IMG/VR virus record: IMGVR_UViG_3300046791_000454
Span: 17,497-81,496 of that record
DNA length: 64,000 nucleotides
Strand: one strand, 5' to 3'
From: a virus
Shown in pieces: positions 16,097 through 26,082 of the stretch (positions are counted from its first letter, which is position 1; each line of letters starts with the position of its first letter). The position numbers and the translations under genes are program-made. The notes beneath the pieces are model-generated. The model ran no database searches, was not told where the DNA came from, and saw only the letters and a program-made list of their open reading frames with translations.

Positions 16097-18412
16097 CTAC
16101 CCAGCTTTCCAGTCGTAGGTGGACGTGTCTCCAGACGTACCCTTCACAGAGAACGAGTTGGCGGCCTTCGCGGTGAGCACCGGTTGCGCGCCCTGCGTCC
16201 CGCCGAGCGTACGGAACGATAGCGCGACGGGATCGTCGGCGAGGAAGTATCCAGCGACGGCGACGGGGGTGGAGCCCGTGAGCGCGACTTGGCCGAAGTT
16301 CGCTCTACTCGCAGCGTCGATGCTCCACGGAGTCAGGCACGACGACAGGTCAACATCATCGCCACGACGGATGAGGCACGCTACGGCAGCCGTACCCACA
16401 CCGATATCGATCGCGCCAATCGTGCGCACGCGTCGCAGAGAAAGCGTCGCGACACCCGAGACGCCGACCAACACTTTCACCCCCGTGTGGCTTCCGACTT
16501 TTTCGCCCACGTACTCGTCTAGGCTCACCTTGCCGGCGGTCAGTACGGCGCTCCAGAAGTTGTCTGTTGTGGTCGCGGTATACGCCTGAGCGATCGACAA
16601 GCTCGAGTCGGCAGTGATGGCCCAAGGTCCCGCACCGTCGCGCGACTCGTACCCAACCACGTGGACGTTGGCGCCTGCGCCATTTACGTTGATGCCGTAC
16701 TGCGCGCAGCGGTCGGCGGTGAGTCCGTGGGCGATCAGGTGACCTCCCGCCTCGACCCCAAGGCCCGCGTTACCACAGTCGCTTACGGTGATGTCGGTGA
16801 GCTTCGCTCCAACACACGCAACGCCGTCCCATACGACGAAGGCCGCGCCGGTGCCGCCAGATCGGGAGCCATTGAATCGCTCAATGTCGATCCCGGCGCC
16901 GCCGTAGACGATGAGCCCGCTCGTAGTGGAATCAAGCGCGGAGCAGTCGACGACTGCGCCATTACGGCATGCTTCCGTGTCATCCACCGAACTAGGGCCC
17001 AACGAGATGCCGAGATAGCTTGCCGTCGCGTCAACATGGGCGACATGAAATTGACGCGACGCCGATACAAGAACCCCACCCCCCTGACCATTGCTTCCAA
17101 CGCGCCGGACGCGCGAACGAAAGATGCCCGACCTCACCTGGTTCTCTAGCGCAAGGCCGCCGAATGCGATGCCGTCTCCGTCTACCTCCATGTCATCGAA
17201 GATGTTGTCGCGTCCGGCGATGTCGAACGAGCATACAATAGAGGTGAAAAAGCCGGACTCATTCGTCACCCGCCACCCAGTGACGCGGCAACGTTGCGCG
17301 GCCGAAATTTCGAACGCCCGATCGCCAGTGCCAGTGATGACCGCACCATTGCCAAACAGTCGGATGTCATGCGGCGTTTGAACGGCCGTGACCGTTTTCC
17401 CTACGGCGAAGGTGAACTCAACAACATCGTCGAGGGTCAATGTGGCTCCTGTCTTGGACAGGATCCGAAAGGTTTGCCCTACGCTGGTCGCCCCAACTAC
17501 ACGAATCCAGTCACCGACTGAGAACACGTCATCGACACATACCAGCGTGCGCGTTCCCAATGCTGGCTGAGTTGCGATGGTAGTCGCCGGACCAAGCGCA
17601 ATGGCTATCGCGTAGAACACACATTGCGAAGCACCTGGACCTGGCGGCAGCGACGACACGATCCGAGTGCCAGGCCCCTGCGCTTCGATGGTCACGCCGC
17701 TAGCGTTGGACAGGTCGCAGACCGTATCCCACTGCCACGTGCCGGACAGCATGACGACCTTGCCCGCGTAACCGGCCGCGATTGCAGCGGCCTGCACACG
17801 AGGAGCGTTGTCCGTGCTCGAGAGCGGCGCGAGGTACGCGATCGTGACTGGCACGACGATGGCTGTGCCGCCTAGCGACAGGTCGAAGGCCTCGACGCCT
17901 GGTGGCGTGTCGACGATGCAGTTGACCGTTAGCGTCACACCCGCTGCCGGCCGCAGCGCGCTGCCAGACGTCACCCGGAGCGTGTCGCCCATGGTGCCGA
18001 GGCTGGTGTTCGTTGAGATGGTGGCGCCGCCAGGTTGAGACACGACAACGCCATGTGCGTAGAGCGCGGCGAAGGCCTTGGAGAGGCCCGCCTCTCCGCT
18101 TCCGAACCACGCCGCCTGGACGACGCGAGGGGCATTCGGCCCGAAGCGGACGGTGCCGATGCCGTCGAAGATTTGCCACGGGCCGGCGTCGATGTCGCCG
18201 TCGATGGTCGTCGTCGCGCCCGTCGACGTGGTGATGGTTGCGCCGCGCTGGAAGCGCAGGCGCGTACTCGCACTGCCGATGCTCGCCGAGCTGAGGAACA
18301 GGAATGGCCCGCCCTCGAGCATCAGCTCGCTCGTGGAGCGCAGCGCGTTGGTCACCCGTGCAACGTCGGAGTTGCCCGACGGTTGGAGCGTGCGCGGGAG
18401 CGGGATGGTCAT
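16097..18412 (-). CDS. tailspike / right-handed beta-helix (depolymerase-like)
   Basis: DNAPRVQAAA entry motif, PbH1-like repeats, fibre-type C-terminal beta domain. Confidence 0.85.
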   Translation of the reverse strand: MTIPLPRTLQPSGNSDVARVTNALRSTSELMLEGGPFLFLSSASIGSASTRLRFQRGATITTSTGATTTIDGDIDAGPWQIFDGIGTVRFGPNAPRVVQAAWFGSGEAGLSKAFAALYAHGVVVSQPGGATISTNTSLGTMGDTLRVTSGSALRPAAGVTLTVNCIVDTPPGVEAFDLSLGGTAIVVPVTIAYLAPLSSTDNAPRVQAAAIAAGYAGKVVMLSGTWQWDTVCDLSNASGVTIEAQGPGTRIVSSLPPGPGASQCVFYAIAIALGPATTIATQPALGTRTLVCVDDVFSVGDWIRVVGATSVGQTFRILSKTGATLTLDDVVEFTFAVGKTVTAVQTPHDIRLFGNGAVITGTGDRAFEISAAQRCRVTGWRVTNESGFFTSIVCSFDIAGRDNIFDDMEVDGDGIAFGGLALENQVRSGIFRSRVRRVGSNGQGGGVLVSASRQFHVAHVDATASYLGISLGPSSVDDTEACRNGAVVDCSALDSTTSGLIVYGGAGIDIERFNGSRSGGTGAAFVVWDGVACVGAKLTDITVSDCGNAGLGVEAGGHLIAHGLTADRCAQYGINVNGAGANVHVVGYESRDGAGPWAITADSSLSIAQAYTATTTDNFWSAVLTAGKVSLDEYVGEKVGSHTGVKVLVGVSGVATLSLRRVRTIGAIDIGVGTAAVACLIRRGDDVDLSSCLTPWSIDAASRANFGQVALTGSTPVAVAGYFLADDPVALSFRTLGGTQGAQPVLTAKAANSFSVKGTSGDTSTYDWKAG

Positions 18413-18413
18413 G

Positions 18414-19082
18414 TCACCACGTGGCGTATCGACGACGCATATAGTTCTCTAAGCGGACGCGGCCAGTGCCTGAGAGCGCCTGCCTCGTAAAGCCAACGTC
18501 GGCGATGTCGCCGTCCCAAGGATTTGACCCGAGCAGATAGGCCGCCGCCCCGATAGCAAACTGCGACAGTCCTTCGACTGTAGTACCTGATGCGATTTGC
18601 GATCCGTTGGCACGCAATGCAGACGACGCACCGTTGAAAACGCACACGAAGGACGTAAACGCAGCCGTCATGTCGAACGTTGCGGCGAATGTGCCGCCAT
18701 TCGTGAACATGGCTACTTGTGTTGCTGACGGGGCGTATACGATGGCTTCGCCTGACAAACCACCCAATGCAACCGGGACTCCGCCCTGGCTTGCTGCTTT
18801 GCAAACGAACCAGATGGTGAACGGTTGCGGAATGGCTGTGAAAGACGCCGATACGAGATGTTGGAGCGACGCGCCGACGAACCGGACAACGTGGCGCCCG
18901 TTGACAACGCTCGCCACCTGCGTCGGCCGGTTGCCCGCAGTCCCCTGCGTGACGTCGCGCCCCGCGCCGCCGATGTCCTGCCACGTGGACACCTTGCCGC
19001 TCGTGAGCGTCACGTTGTCCGCGCGCCACCAGCCGCCCGGGCTGCCGAGGTGTTTCGGGGTCCAAAGCGCCGGGTACGTCAC
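18414..19082 (-). CDS. LamG/ConA-like domain protein
   Basis: WWRAD..VSTWQD.GG.GRDVTQ.T..NRP..VNG; WDGDIAD; LENYMRRRY. Confidence 0.85.
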   Translation of the reverse strand: MTYPALWTPKHLGSPGGWWRADNVTLTSGKVSTWQDIGGAGRDVTQGTAGNRPTQVASVVNGRHVVRFVGASLQHLVSASFTAIPQPFTIWFVCKAASQGGVPVALGGLSGEAIVYAPSATQVAMFTNGGTFAATFDMTAAFTSFVCVFNGASSALRANGSQIASGTTVEGLSQFAIGAAAYLLGSNPWDGDIADVGFTRQALSGTGRVRLENYMRRRYATW

Positions 19083-20149
19083 GTCTTGCGAGCCGTTGCC
19101 AGGAACCAGTCGCCGCTCATTGAGTCGTACACGAAGCGCAGCGTCATCTTCGTAGAGTTGGCCACCGTGATGAGCGTGCCGCCCGAGGTTCCGCCGTTGA
19201 CGAACGCCATCGTGTGCGCCGCCGAGTTGATGACGTAGGCGACGAGCTCCGCCGTGTCGTAGACGCCGGTGAGGCCGAGCGTCTTCGTGCGGTCTCCCGT
19301 GAGCGCGCCATCGAAAACCCAGTCGACCGCAGTGCCGACGTTGATGGTCTCGTTCCCATCGGTGAGCGTGCCGCCCGCCTGCACGAAGCGGCCGGTGAGC
19401 TTGATGTTCTTGGTCGCGCTGCCCGCCGTGAGGTTGATGGCATCAGCCGACGTGATATCGATCGCGCCCGCCGTGTCAGCCGCAATCCGGTCCACTCCGT
19501 CCACTTGCAGAACGATGCGAGACACGGCGTTGACGATGAGAGCCGACTCGACGGAGTAGGACGTGTCAAGCGTCGCAACGTCATCCCCAGCCAGGGCGAG
19601 GAGATGCACCGTGTCATACTTGATCTTGAGTTCGCCGGTCCCCGTAAGGCCGATGTCGCCGCTGGCCAGCGACTGCGGCGTCGCGCCTCCAGCAACGATC
19701 TGGTAGAAGTCGGCGATCGGCTCCACAGAGAGGCCGTGGATGGTGGCGTTCAGGTCTACCGTCCAGTCGGCACCAAACTGGTTGGTCTCTCCCGAGCCCA
19801 CCTCGCGCTCGCCGTTCAAGCCGTGGAGGCTCAGCCACGTGTACTCGTCCGTGGGGAGCCCGTAGACGGTCAGCGTGAAGTTCCACTTGCCGAACGTCGT
19901 ACCCGCAGAGAACGAGGGCGGCGGCGTCCCGCTGAAGTCGTAGTAGTACCCGTTGGCGTCGCTTGACCAACCAGCGGGCAGCGCGAAGCTCGGCGGGAAC
20001 TTGCGAATGCGGTACCGCGGAGCCGGCACCATGGGCCAGCCGACAGTCGACGTCGCGCCGAGCTGGATGGTGTCCGAGGCTGCACACGTGATGCCGCCGC
20101 TAGCAGGCGTTCCGCCGTTCTTGGCGACGGTGAGAACTGCGGTCGTCAT
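19079..20149 (-). CDS. tail fibre-associated protein
   Basis: Position; Thr/Gly-rich beta composition. Confidence 0.75.
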   Translation of the reverse strand: MTTAVLTVAKNGGTPASGGITCAASDTIQLGATSTVGWPMVPAPRYRIRKFPPSFALPAGWSSDANGYYYDFSGTPPPSFSAGTTFGKWNFTLTVYGLPTDEYTWLSLHGLNGEREVGSGETNQFGADWTVDLNATIHGLSVEPIADFYQIVAGGATPQSLASGDIGLTGTGELKIKYDTVHLLALAGDDVATLDTSYSVESALIVNAVSRIVLQVDGVDRIAADTAGAIDITSADAINLTAGSATKNIKLTGRFVQAGGTLTDGNETINVGTAVDWVFDGALTGDRTKTLGLTGVYDTAELVAYVINSAAHTMAFVNGGTSGGTLITVANSTKMTLRFVYDSMSGDWFLATARKT

Positions 20150-20152
20150 CTG

Positions 20153-20995
20153 TCAGCCACCCGTTCCGTAGCGAAGCACAACCCAGTTGGTCCCATTGAA
20201 GTAGAGCTCGAGCCACGGGTCGCCAGTGCCGGTGTTATCCATCACGTGCAGCACGGCGCTGTTCCAGTTCAGGATCGTCGCAAGCTTCGCGTTGGCGAGT
20301 GGGCGCGAGATGCGGACCATGCACTTGATGCTGTTCGGCGGAACCGAAAACAGGAAGTTGGAATCGTTCGTCAACGCGCCCAGAATGACCACGACGTCGA
20401 AGGCGCCGCCCGCGACTGTCTGGCTTGCGTCGCTGAGCGTCGTAAGGCGATAGCCGATGCTTGCCGAGCCGCCGCTCAGGATGGTCTGCCCGCTGCGCGT
20501 CAGAATGCCGCTCGAGGTCTGTCCGCCGTAGGCCACCGTCGTGGCCGCGTTGTAGCTGACGACGGCGGTCGCACCGAAGGTCGTCGCGCCGTTGAGCTGG
20601 ACCGTTGTGCCGTTGGCTGCCGACAGGAGCGCGGTGCTCGTCAGGAGCAGCGCCGCGGTGCCTGAGAACGTCAGCGTCGCGTTGCCGTTCCAGGTGCCGA
20701 TGGCCCCGTTCAGCATGTCGAGTGTCGCGCCCGCCACGAAGTAGAGAAAGCCTCCGTTGGCCACGGTGAGCGTTCCGTTGATGGTGCCGCTCGTCAGGTT
20801 CGCGAAGGCGAACGCGCCCGTGACCGACATGCCTGAGCCGCCGAGGATGATTTGCGCTGCGGGAGCCCAGCTGCCCCCGTCGTCACCGTTGACCTGCTTG
20901 AACAGCGAGGTGTCGAACGAGGCCATCTCCGTGGAGAGCAGCGTGGACCCATTGGTCCAGGTGCCACCTGCGCGGATGCGTACGTTGTGAGCCAT
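20153..20995 (-). CDS. tail fibre protein (paralog A)
   Basis: N-terminal LFKQVNGDDGGSWAP shared with the neighbour. Confidence 0.8.
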   Translation of the reverse strand: MAHNVRIRAGGTWTNGSTLLSTEMASFDTSLFKQVNGDDGGSWAPAAQIILGGSGMSVTGAFAFANLTSGTINGTLTVANGGFLYFVAGATLDMLNGAIGTWNGNATLTFSGTAALLLTSTALLSAANGTTVQLNGATTFGATAVVSYNAATTVAYGGQTSSGILTRSGQTILSGGSASIGYRLTTLSDASQTVAGGAFDVVVILGALTNDSNFLFSVPPNSIKCMVRISRPLANAKLATILNWNSAVLHVMDNTGTGDPWLELYFNGTNWVVLRYGTGG

Positions 20996-20998
20996 TGT

Positions 20999-21871
20999 CT
21001 ATCCGCCGAACCCGTATCCAGTGCAGATCCAGTCCACCGCCACCGTGTCGAATTGGAGCTCCACCCAGGAGACGAGCGAGGAGAGCAGCGTCGGCGTGAT
21101 GTCCACGCCCGCGTTGTTCTTGATCTTGAAGGTGAACCCGGTGCCCGCCTCACGCGAGATGGTGCACTGGCACGGTGCGTTGTTCGCCGGCAGGTTGCAG
21201 GTGTAGGTGCGAGCGGCAACCATGTGAGGCGGCAAGAAGATGACGTCATAGACGCCCGGGTCGATGTTCTGGTTCGCGTCGCTGTACGTGTGGTCGCGAA
21301 GGCCAACGCTTGCCAGAGGCCCGTCGAGCACCGTCTGCCCCGTGCGGGTCTCAGTCCCGCTCGCCGTCTCGCCATTGTGGATAACACGAGAGCCCGCTAC
21401 GTAGGTCGTGGCGTTCGTCGCCGTGAACGCGCACGTCCCGTTGATGAGCACCGTCGACGTGCTGCTCGCCTGCAAGGAGCTTGTGCCCGTGAGCGCCAGC
21501 GTCGCGGTGTCCGTGAACGTCCACGAGGAGCCGCCGTCGATGATGCTTGCCGAGCCGTTCTGTGCTTCGAGGTGGCCGCCGCTGTTCACGGTGACGCTGT
21601 GCCCGTAGGTCAGGACCACGTTGCCGAAGACGGCGCCAAGGGTGACGTTCGAGAGGCTCAGCGGGCCGTCTACGCGGAGCCCGGCGCCGTTGATGATGAC
21701 GGCCGCGGCAGGCGCCCAGGTGCCGCCCTCGTCGCCGTTGACTGCCTTGTAGAGATTGGCGTCGAGGGTCTCGAGCTCCGTGTGAAACGTCGAGAGCGCC
21801 GGGTCGGTTGTGCCGCCGTCGACGGTGAGCGTTGCCCAGCCGCCGGGGCGAATCAGTGAGAAGTGCGCCAC
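20999..21871 (-). CDS. tail fibre protein (paralog B)
   Basis: LYKAVNGDEGGTWAP; GTG start aligned by similarity to paralog A. Confidence 0.8.
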   Translation of the reverse strand: MAHFSLIRPGGWATLTVDGGTTDPALSTFHTELETLDANLYKAVNGDEGGTWAPAAAVIINGAGLRVDGPLSLSNVTLGAVFGNVVLTYGHSVTVNSGGHLEAQNGSASIIDGGSSWTFTDTATLALTGTSSLQASSTSTVLINGTCAFTATNATTYVAGSRVIHNGETASGTETRTGQTVLDGPLASVGLRDHTYSDANQNIDPGVYDVIFLPPHMVAARTYTCNLPANNAPCQCTISREAGTGFTFKIKNNAGVDITPTLLSSLVSWVELQFDTVAVDWICTGYGFGG

Positions 21872-21872
21872 G

Positions 21873-23045
21873 TCAGTAGGTGATGTCGCCGAGCGTGTGT
21901 CCGCCAAGCGTCGACGTGCCGATGATGAAGGCGCCCGTGTGCCCCGGCGTGGATTCGACGACGATCTCCCATGTGCTCACCTCGCGGGCGATGCGCTTCA
22001 TGAGCGCGTGGACCTTGCGGCGGACGTCGAGCGAAGCGGCCGCTGCGGCCGTGAGAACAATCAGGCTGTGTCGCTTCGTGGAGCTCCAGTACGGATATGG
22101 CATGGTCGTCCCAATGCATCCGACGCCGTGTGCGTTCGCGAAGGTCGCCACGAGGGCATTCCCGGGCCATGTGCTCACTGGGATGCCTGTCGGAGTGAGG
22201 AACGTGTGCAGCTTTGAGAACGTGGCCGTCAACGTGGTTGCCGTGATCGCGTCGATGCGCACGTACTCGGTCGGCAGGATGAAGCCGAGGACGTCGCCCT
22301 CAGCGAGCGGCGTGGCGCCGAGCGCCTGCGTATAGTTGACCGTGTGTGCGCCAGTCGTCGTCACGGCCGTCGTAACCGTTGCGAACTTCAGGACGGTCGA
22401 CGAGTAGCCGTGCGTGACGGCGACGGTCTCCGTGATACCGCGCGTCTCCGGCTCGACTACGAGCGCGTCCGCATCCGTGAGCGCAACACCCTCGGCGAGG
22501 CTGTACCTGATGACGACGGGGAGCGCCGTCGTCGTTACAGGATCGATGAAGGTGACGCGCTTGCGCGTGACGTCGGTGCGCTGAAGGTTCATCGGCTGGC
22601 CGCCGATGGCCGGCGGAGAGAGCACGGCCTCACTGGTCGTCGTCGTGCGGTACGCGATGAAGTCCGGGCCGAGCAGGCTCGTGAGCGCGTTCTCAACGTT
22701 GTTCTTGTTGCACCCGAGCGGGAGCAGGTAGCGCGCCTCAAGCGTCGCTCGGCGCTGCGTAACCGTGTCGCCTGGCGACGGGACAACTTGAAACTCCGCC
22801 TCGCGTTTCTCGAGACAGTCGACGAGCCTGGACGGATACTGCTGGTTGACGGCGCGGTCGAGCTTGCGGCGCATGCGCGCCTCGCCCATGGCCTGCGCGT
22901 AGCAGAGGGCATCCATGCGGCTGCCTTCGGTCACGTTGAACTGGTCGCCGAGGCCGGCGATCTTCGACGTGTAGAGCAGCTCGGCGTCGCTCGGCTTCGA
23001 GGTCAGCCGGAGATGGCCACATTTAGCGAACACGGAAAAGCGCAT
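21873..23045 (-). CDS. baseplate wedge protein (Mu gp48/YmfQ-like)
   Basis: YPSRLVDCLEKREAEFQVVP..DTVTQRRATL; position after gpJ. Confidence 0.7.
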   Translation of the reverse strand: MRFSVFAKCGHLRLTSKPSDAELLYTSKIAGLGDQFNVTEGSRMDALCYAQAMGEARMRRKLDRAVNQQYPSRLVDCLEKREAEFQVVPSPGDTVTQRRATLEARYLLPLGCNKNNVENALTSLLGPDFIAYRTTTTSEAVLSPPAIGGQPMNLQRTDVTRKRVTFIDPVTTTALPVVIRYSLAEGVALTDADALVVEPETRGITETVAVTHGYSSTVLKFATVTTAVTTTGAHTVNYTQALGATPLAEGDVLGFILPTEYVRIDAITATTLTATFSKLHTFLTPTGIPVSTWPGNALVATFANAHGVGCIGTTMPYPYWSSTKRHSLIVLTAAAAASLDVRRKVHALMKRIAREVSTWEIVVESTPGHTGAFIIGTSTLGGHTLGDITY

Positions 23046-23548
23046 CAGAAGATGTAGAGCGCGAAGTTCGTATCCGTCGCCGTGCCCGCCGAGTTCCACG
23101 TGCGCACGCGAACGCCGTTCGTCGCGGCCGTTGTCGTGATGATGCGCGCCGAAGTGGACGCTGCCGTAGCGATTGAATTGGCCACGGGCAGCGGCACAGT
23201 CGGCGGCGACGACTGCGCTGGCCACGTAATCGTGGTGTCGCCGTTGCCGTTGTCGGTCACCGTGAACGTGCCAAAGTTCACGAGCGATCCGGCGGCACTG
23301 AGCTGCGTCAGCGCCGGCGCACCGGCCGTGAACTCCACGAACAGAACAGCTGCGTGGATGACCTTGGCGATTGCGCTCGCCTGCAAGGTCATCTGGTTGA
23401 GCGGAGCCGCGCTCGGCTCCGACGGGTTCGGGTTCGGGTCGTCGTCCTCGAGCTGGGCGCCGCCGAGGTCGTCGAGCGACGGGCGCCGAGGGCCGCCGTC
23501 TCCGGCGTCGAGGTCCCAGGAGAGCGTGTCGAGTGCGTCGGTAGCCAT
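23045..23548 (-). CDS. baseplate/fibre-associated protein (paralog C)
   Basis: RRPSLDDL, FTVTDNGNGDTTITWP. Confidence 0.75.
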   Translation of the reverse strand: MATDALDTLSWDLDAGDGGPRRPSLDDLGGAQLEDDDPNPNPSEPSAAPLNQMTLQASAIAKVIHAAVLFVEFTAGAPALTQLSAAGSLVNFGTFTVTDNGNGDTTITWPAQSSPPTVPLPVANSIATAASTSARIITTTAATNGVRVRTWNSAGTATDTNFALYIF

Positions 23549-23551
23549 GGG

Positions 23552-24124
23552 TCAGAGCGCGAATGCGAACGTGAATGGGACGCGGATGCCCGCCGGCGCG
23601 GTCGAGAACGTCAGCACGCGGACACCGATCGTTCCCGGGCCAACGTTGATCGCGCCCCCGTAGGTGATGCTCGCCGCGGTCGCGCCGTGGACGCCGAGCA
23701 TGGGCGGGATCGCGAGGCCCGCGCCAGACGGCAGTGCAGCACTGGGCCACGCGACCGCCACGTCGCCGGCAGCGTTCTCGACCACCGTGAAGGGCGCGTC
23801 AGAGCCGACGACGGGGGACGAACCGGGGACCCGTGGATTGAGGGCGTCGAGCCAGGCGCCGGGCGTCATAGCGCGCGCTACGTATGGCGTTGTGCCGTCG
23901 TACTCGACGTCAACGACGAGTGAGAAACAGACGCGGCCGAAGGCTGCCCACTGGCCCGCGACTTGGTTGGCCCAGTTGGCAGTGCAGAACTTGCCGGTGC
24001 CTGGGTTCGTGGGGTCGGTCGGGGGCGGATAGCGCGTATCATTCTGATAGTCGACGCCATTGATGAAGTCGGCGAGAACCGGGCGCCGCGGTGGCACTTC
24101 GTCCCAAGTGACGACGGTGCTCAT
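23552..24124 (-). CDS. baseplate/fibre-associated protein (paralog D)
   Basis: RRPVLADF, FTVVENAAGDVAVAWP. Confidence 0.75.
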   Translation of the reverse strand: MSTVVTWDEVPPRRPVLADFINGVDYQNDTRYPPPTDPTNPGTGKFCTANWANQVAGQWAAFGRVCFSLVVDVEYDGTTPYVARAMTPGAWLDALNPRVPGSSPVVGSDAPFTVVENAAGDVAVAWPSAALPSGAGLAIPPMLGVHGATAASITYGGAINVGPGTIGVRVLTFSTAPAGIRVPFTFAFAL

Positions 24125-25623
24125 TCCGGGTACGCCGCCACGTCGCCCACGGTCAAAAGATAGGACAGGACGCCGGGCGTTCCCGTCGGCGCATCATATG
24201 GCACAACCGGAAGCGCTAGCTGCGCGTCGAGCACCGATTGCGTGTTGAAGAGTCCTTCCACGATTCGGTTCGTGAGCGCGCTCGGCCATTGCGCCGGCGC
24301 CTCTGGCTGCCGCCTCTGCCGCAAGCCCGGGTCAGGCAGTGGAGAGACCTGCTCGCCAGGCCCGAGCTTCGCGAAGTGCGCGAGCGTCGGCTGTACGATG
24401 GTCGGCAGCGAGTCGCTCCAGGGCGAGGCAATCTGAAGGTTGACAGGCACGTAGCTCGTGTCGCTCACGGCGTTCGACGTGCTGCACGTGATGTCCCACG
24501 TCTTGTTTGCCACGATGACAGCCACGGCACCGATGCGCTTGCGCACGAAGGTCTTGCCCGCTGCGTTGTAGAAGCCGATGGTCTGCCCGACGACCGGGGT
24601 TGCCAGCGTGCTCGTCGTCGTGAGCCTGAAGAACGTCGCGGTCGGCGTGACGGCCGTGGTCACGTGTACGGGACTCGACGCGTCGTACGGCGGCCAGGTG
24701 GTGGTATCCATCCAGTCGGATGCTGTATCGTTCCAGTCGATCTTGTAGACGACGGCGACCGGCGACTCCGTGAGGTCCGCGGCGAAGATCCCGTCGTCGC
24801 CAGGCTCCTTCGCCGTTAGTGCGGCGAGGGCCGTGGCAATCTGCGCCGCGTTCGGCACGCGCGAGTCGCCAACGGCGTCGGTCCTCATGGTGAAGACGAA
24901 GCTCATTGAGCCCGGCCCGTTGATGGCCGGATACGTCCACGCCTTCTCGACGGCGAGGCCTGGAATGTTCTCGACCGTCTCCTGGTACTCGGCGTCGTTG
25001 CCGCTCGCCGGCGGGTTCGCGCGAATCTCGAGGAGCGCAGCAGCGTACTCGTCGTCGCTTTCCTCGGGGTGGCCGCCCGTTAGGCCGCTCCCGTCGCTCT
25101 CGGCGAAGACGACGGCCGTGGGGCCGATGCCTGGCCGCGGAGCCGTCCACTGGAGCACAGTGCCAGCGGCGAGGTTCGTCTGCGTGCCGGTGTCGATCGC
25201 TTCGATCGGCACCTCTTGGCCGTTCGTGTAGACAGCGGTGGCGCTGCACTTGAACCGGAGGCCGCTGTTCGGCTCCTTGGCCTCGTCGCCCTGCTGGATG
25301 AGGCCGCCACCGCCGGCAGCCGTCGCGATGACGAAGCCGCGGGAGCCAGTCGCTGCTGCGCGTGCTCGGCCCAGGGTCTCGCCCCAAAGGTCGAGCCGCT
25401 TGCCACGCGCGTCCGAGATATTCGTCGCGTCGGCGACCGTGCTGGCGTCGTTGTAGAGGACCTGCCCGGTGTCAGCGTGCACCGACGCGTCCAGGAACGG
25501 CTGCGTGCCGTCCGACACGTCTGCGGCCGGCTGGCGGACCTTGTAGGAGCGCGTGTACCGGTCGCGCTCCTGGTCGCGCGTGTAGACGACGAGCTGGCTG
25601 TTGATGTCCGAGATCGTGCCCAT
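24121..25623 (-). CDS. baseplate J / Mu gp47-like protein
   Basis: ARGKRLDLWG, IEAIDTGTQTNLAAGT, GGHPEESDDEY, PPASGNDAEY. Confidence 0.92.
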   Translation of the reverse strand: MGTISDINSQLVVYTRDQERDRYTRSYKVRQPAADVSDGTQPFLDASVHADTGQVLYNDASTVADATNISDARGKRLDLWGETLGRARAAATGSRGFVIATAAGGGGLIQQGDEAKEPNSGLRFKCSATAVYTNGQEVPIEAIDTGTQTNLAAGTVLQWTAPRPGIGPTAVVFAESDGSGLTGGHPEESDDEYAAALLEIRANPPASGNDAEYQETVENIPGLAVEKAWTYPAINGPGSMSFVFTMRTDAVGDSRVPNAAQIATALAALTAKEPGDDGIFAADLTESPVAVVYKIDWNDTASDWMDTTTWPPYDASSPVHVTTAVTPTATFFRLTTTSTLATPVVGQTIGFYNAAGKTFVRKRIGAVAVIVANKTWDITCSTSNAVSDTSYVPVNLQIASPWSDSLPTIVQPTLAHFAKLGPGEQVSPLPDPGLRQRRQPEAPAQWPSALTNRIVEGLFNTQSVLDAQLALPVVPYDAPTGTPGVLSYLLTVGDVAAYPE

Positions 25624-25626
25624 GGG

Positions 25627-26082
25627 TCAGGTGAGCGGGAGGCGCTTGGTCTGCTGCTGGCTCGAGAGCACGCGGAGGTTGCGGTACGGGATAGCCACCA
25701 AGAAGCCGCCGAGCGGGATGGTCTCGACGACGATGGTCCCGAGCTCGATGTCGCTCGCGTCGAGCAGCGCCTTCAGCGCCGTGCGGATGCGTGTCTCGAC
25801 GTTGTTCTGGAGCGTCGGGCCGCCGGCCTTGATGATGGCCTTGAGCGAGTTGCCGAGGGTGGGGTCGCCTGCGACCTTCCCGAGTTGGATGCCGAGAGCG
25901 AGGCTGACCGCCTGGTCGACGGGATGCGTCGCGCGGTACTCGCCGAACGAGTCCAGCGGGAAGTCCTTCGACTGAAGGTCGTAGAGCGGCACCGGGAACC
26001 GCTTGTCGACGGCTGGCCCGGTCGAGACGATGGGGTCGCTGCCGGCTGGGCCTGCGCCTGCGGGGTAGTCTCCGGCGCCCAT
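25627..26082 (-). CDS. baseplate wedge initiator (Mu gp46/gpW-like)
   Basis: DQAVSLAL..GDPTLGNSL..IRTALKALL; position before gpJ. Confidence 0.7.
   Translation of the reverse strand: MGAGDYPAGAGPAGSDPIVSTGPAVDKRFPVPLYDLQSKDFPLDSFGEYRATHPVDQAVSLALGIQLGKVAGDPTLGNSLKAIIKAGGPTLQNNVETRIRTALKALLDASDIELGTIVVETIPLGGFLVAIPYRNLRVLSSQQQTKRLPLT

Noticed and set aside
16097-21871. Diversity-generating retroelement or invertible fibre cassette
   Set aside because: No reverse transcriptase, invertase or adenine-specific TR/VR pair seen; the paralogs are too diverged and in the same orientation
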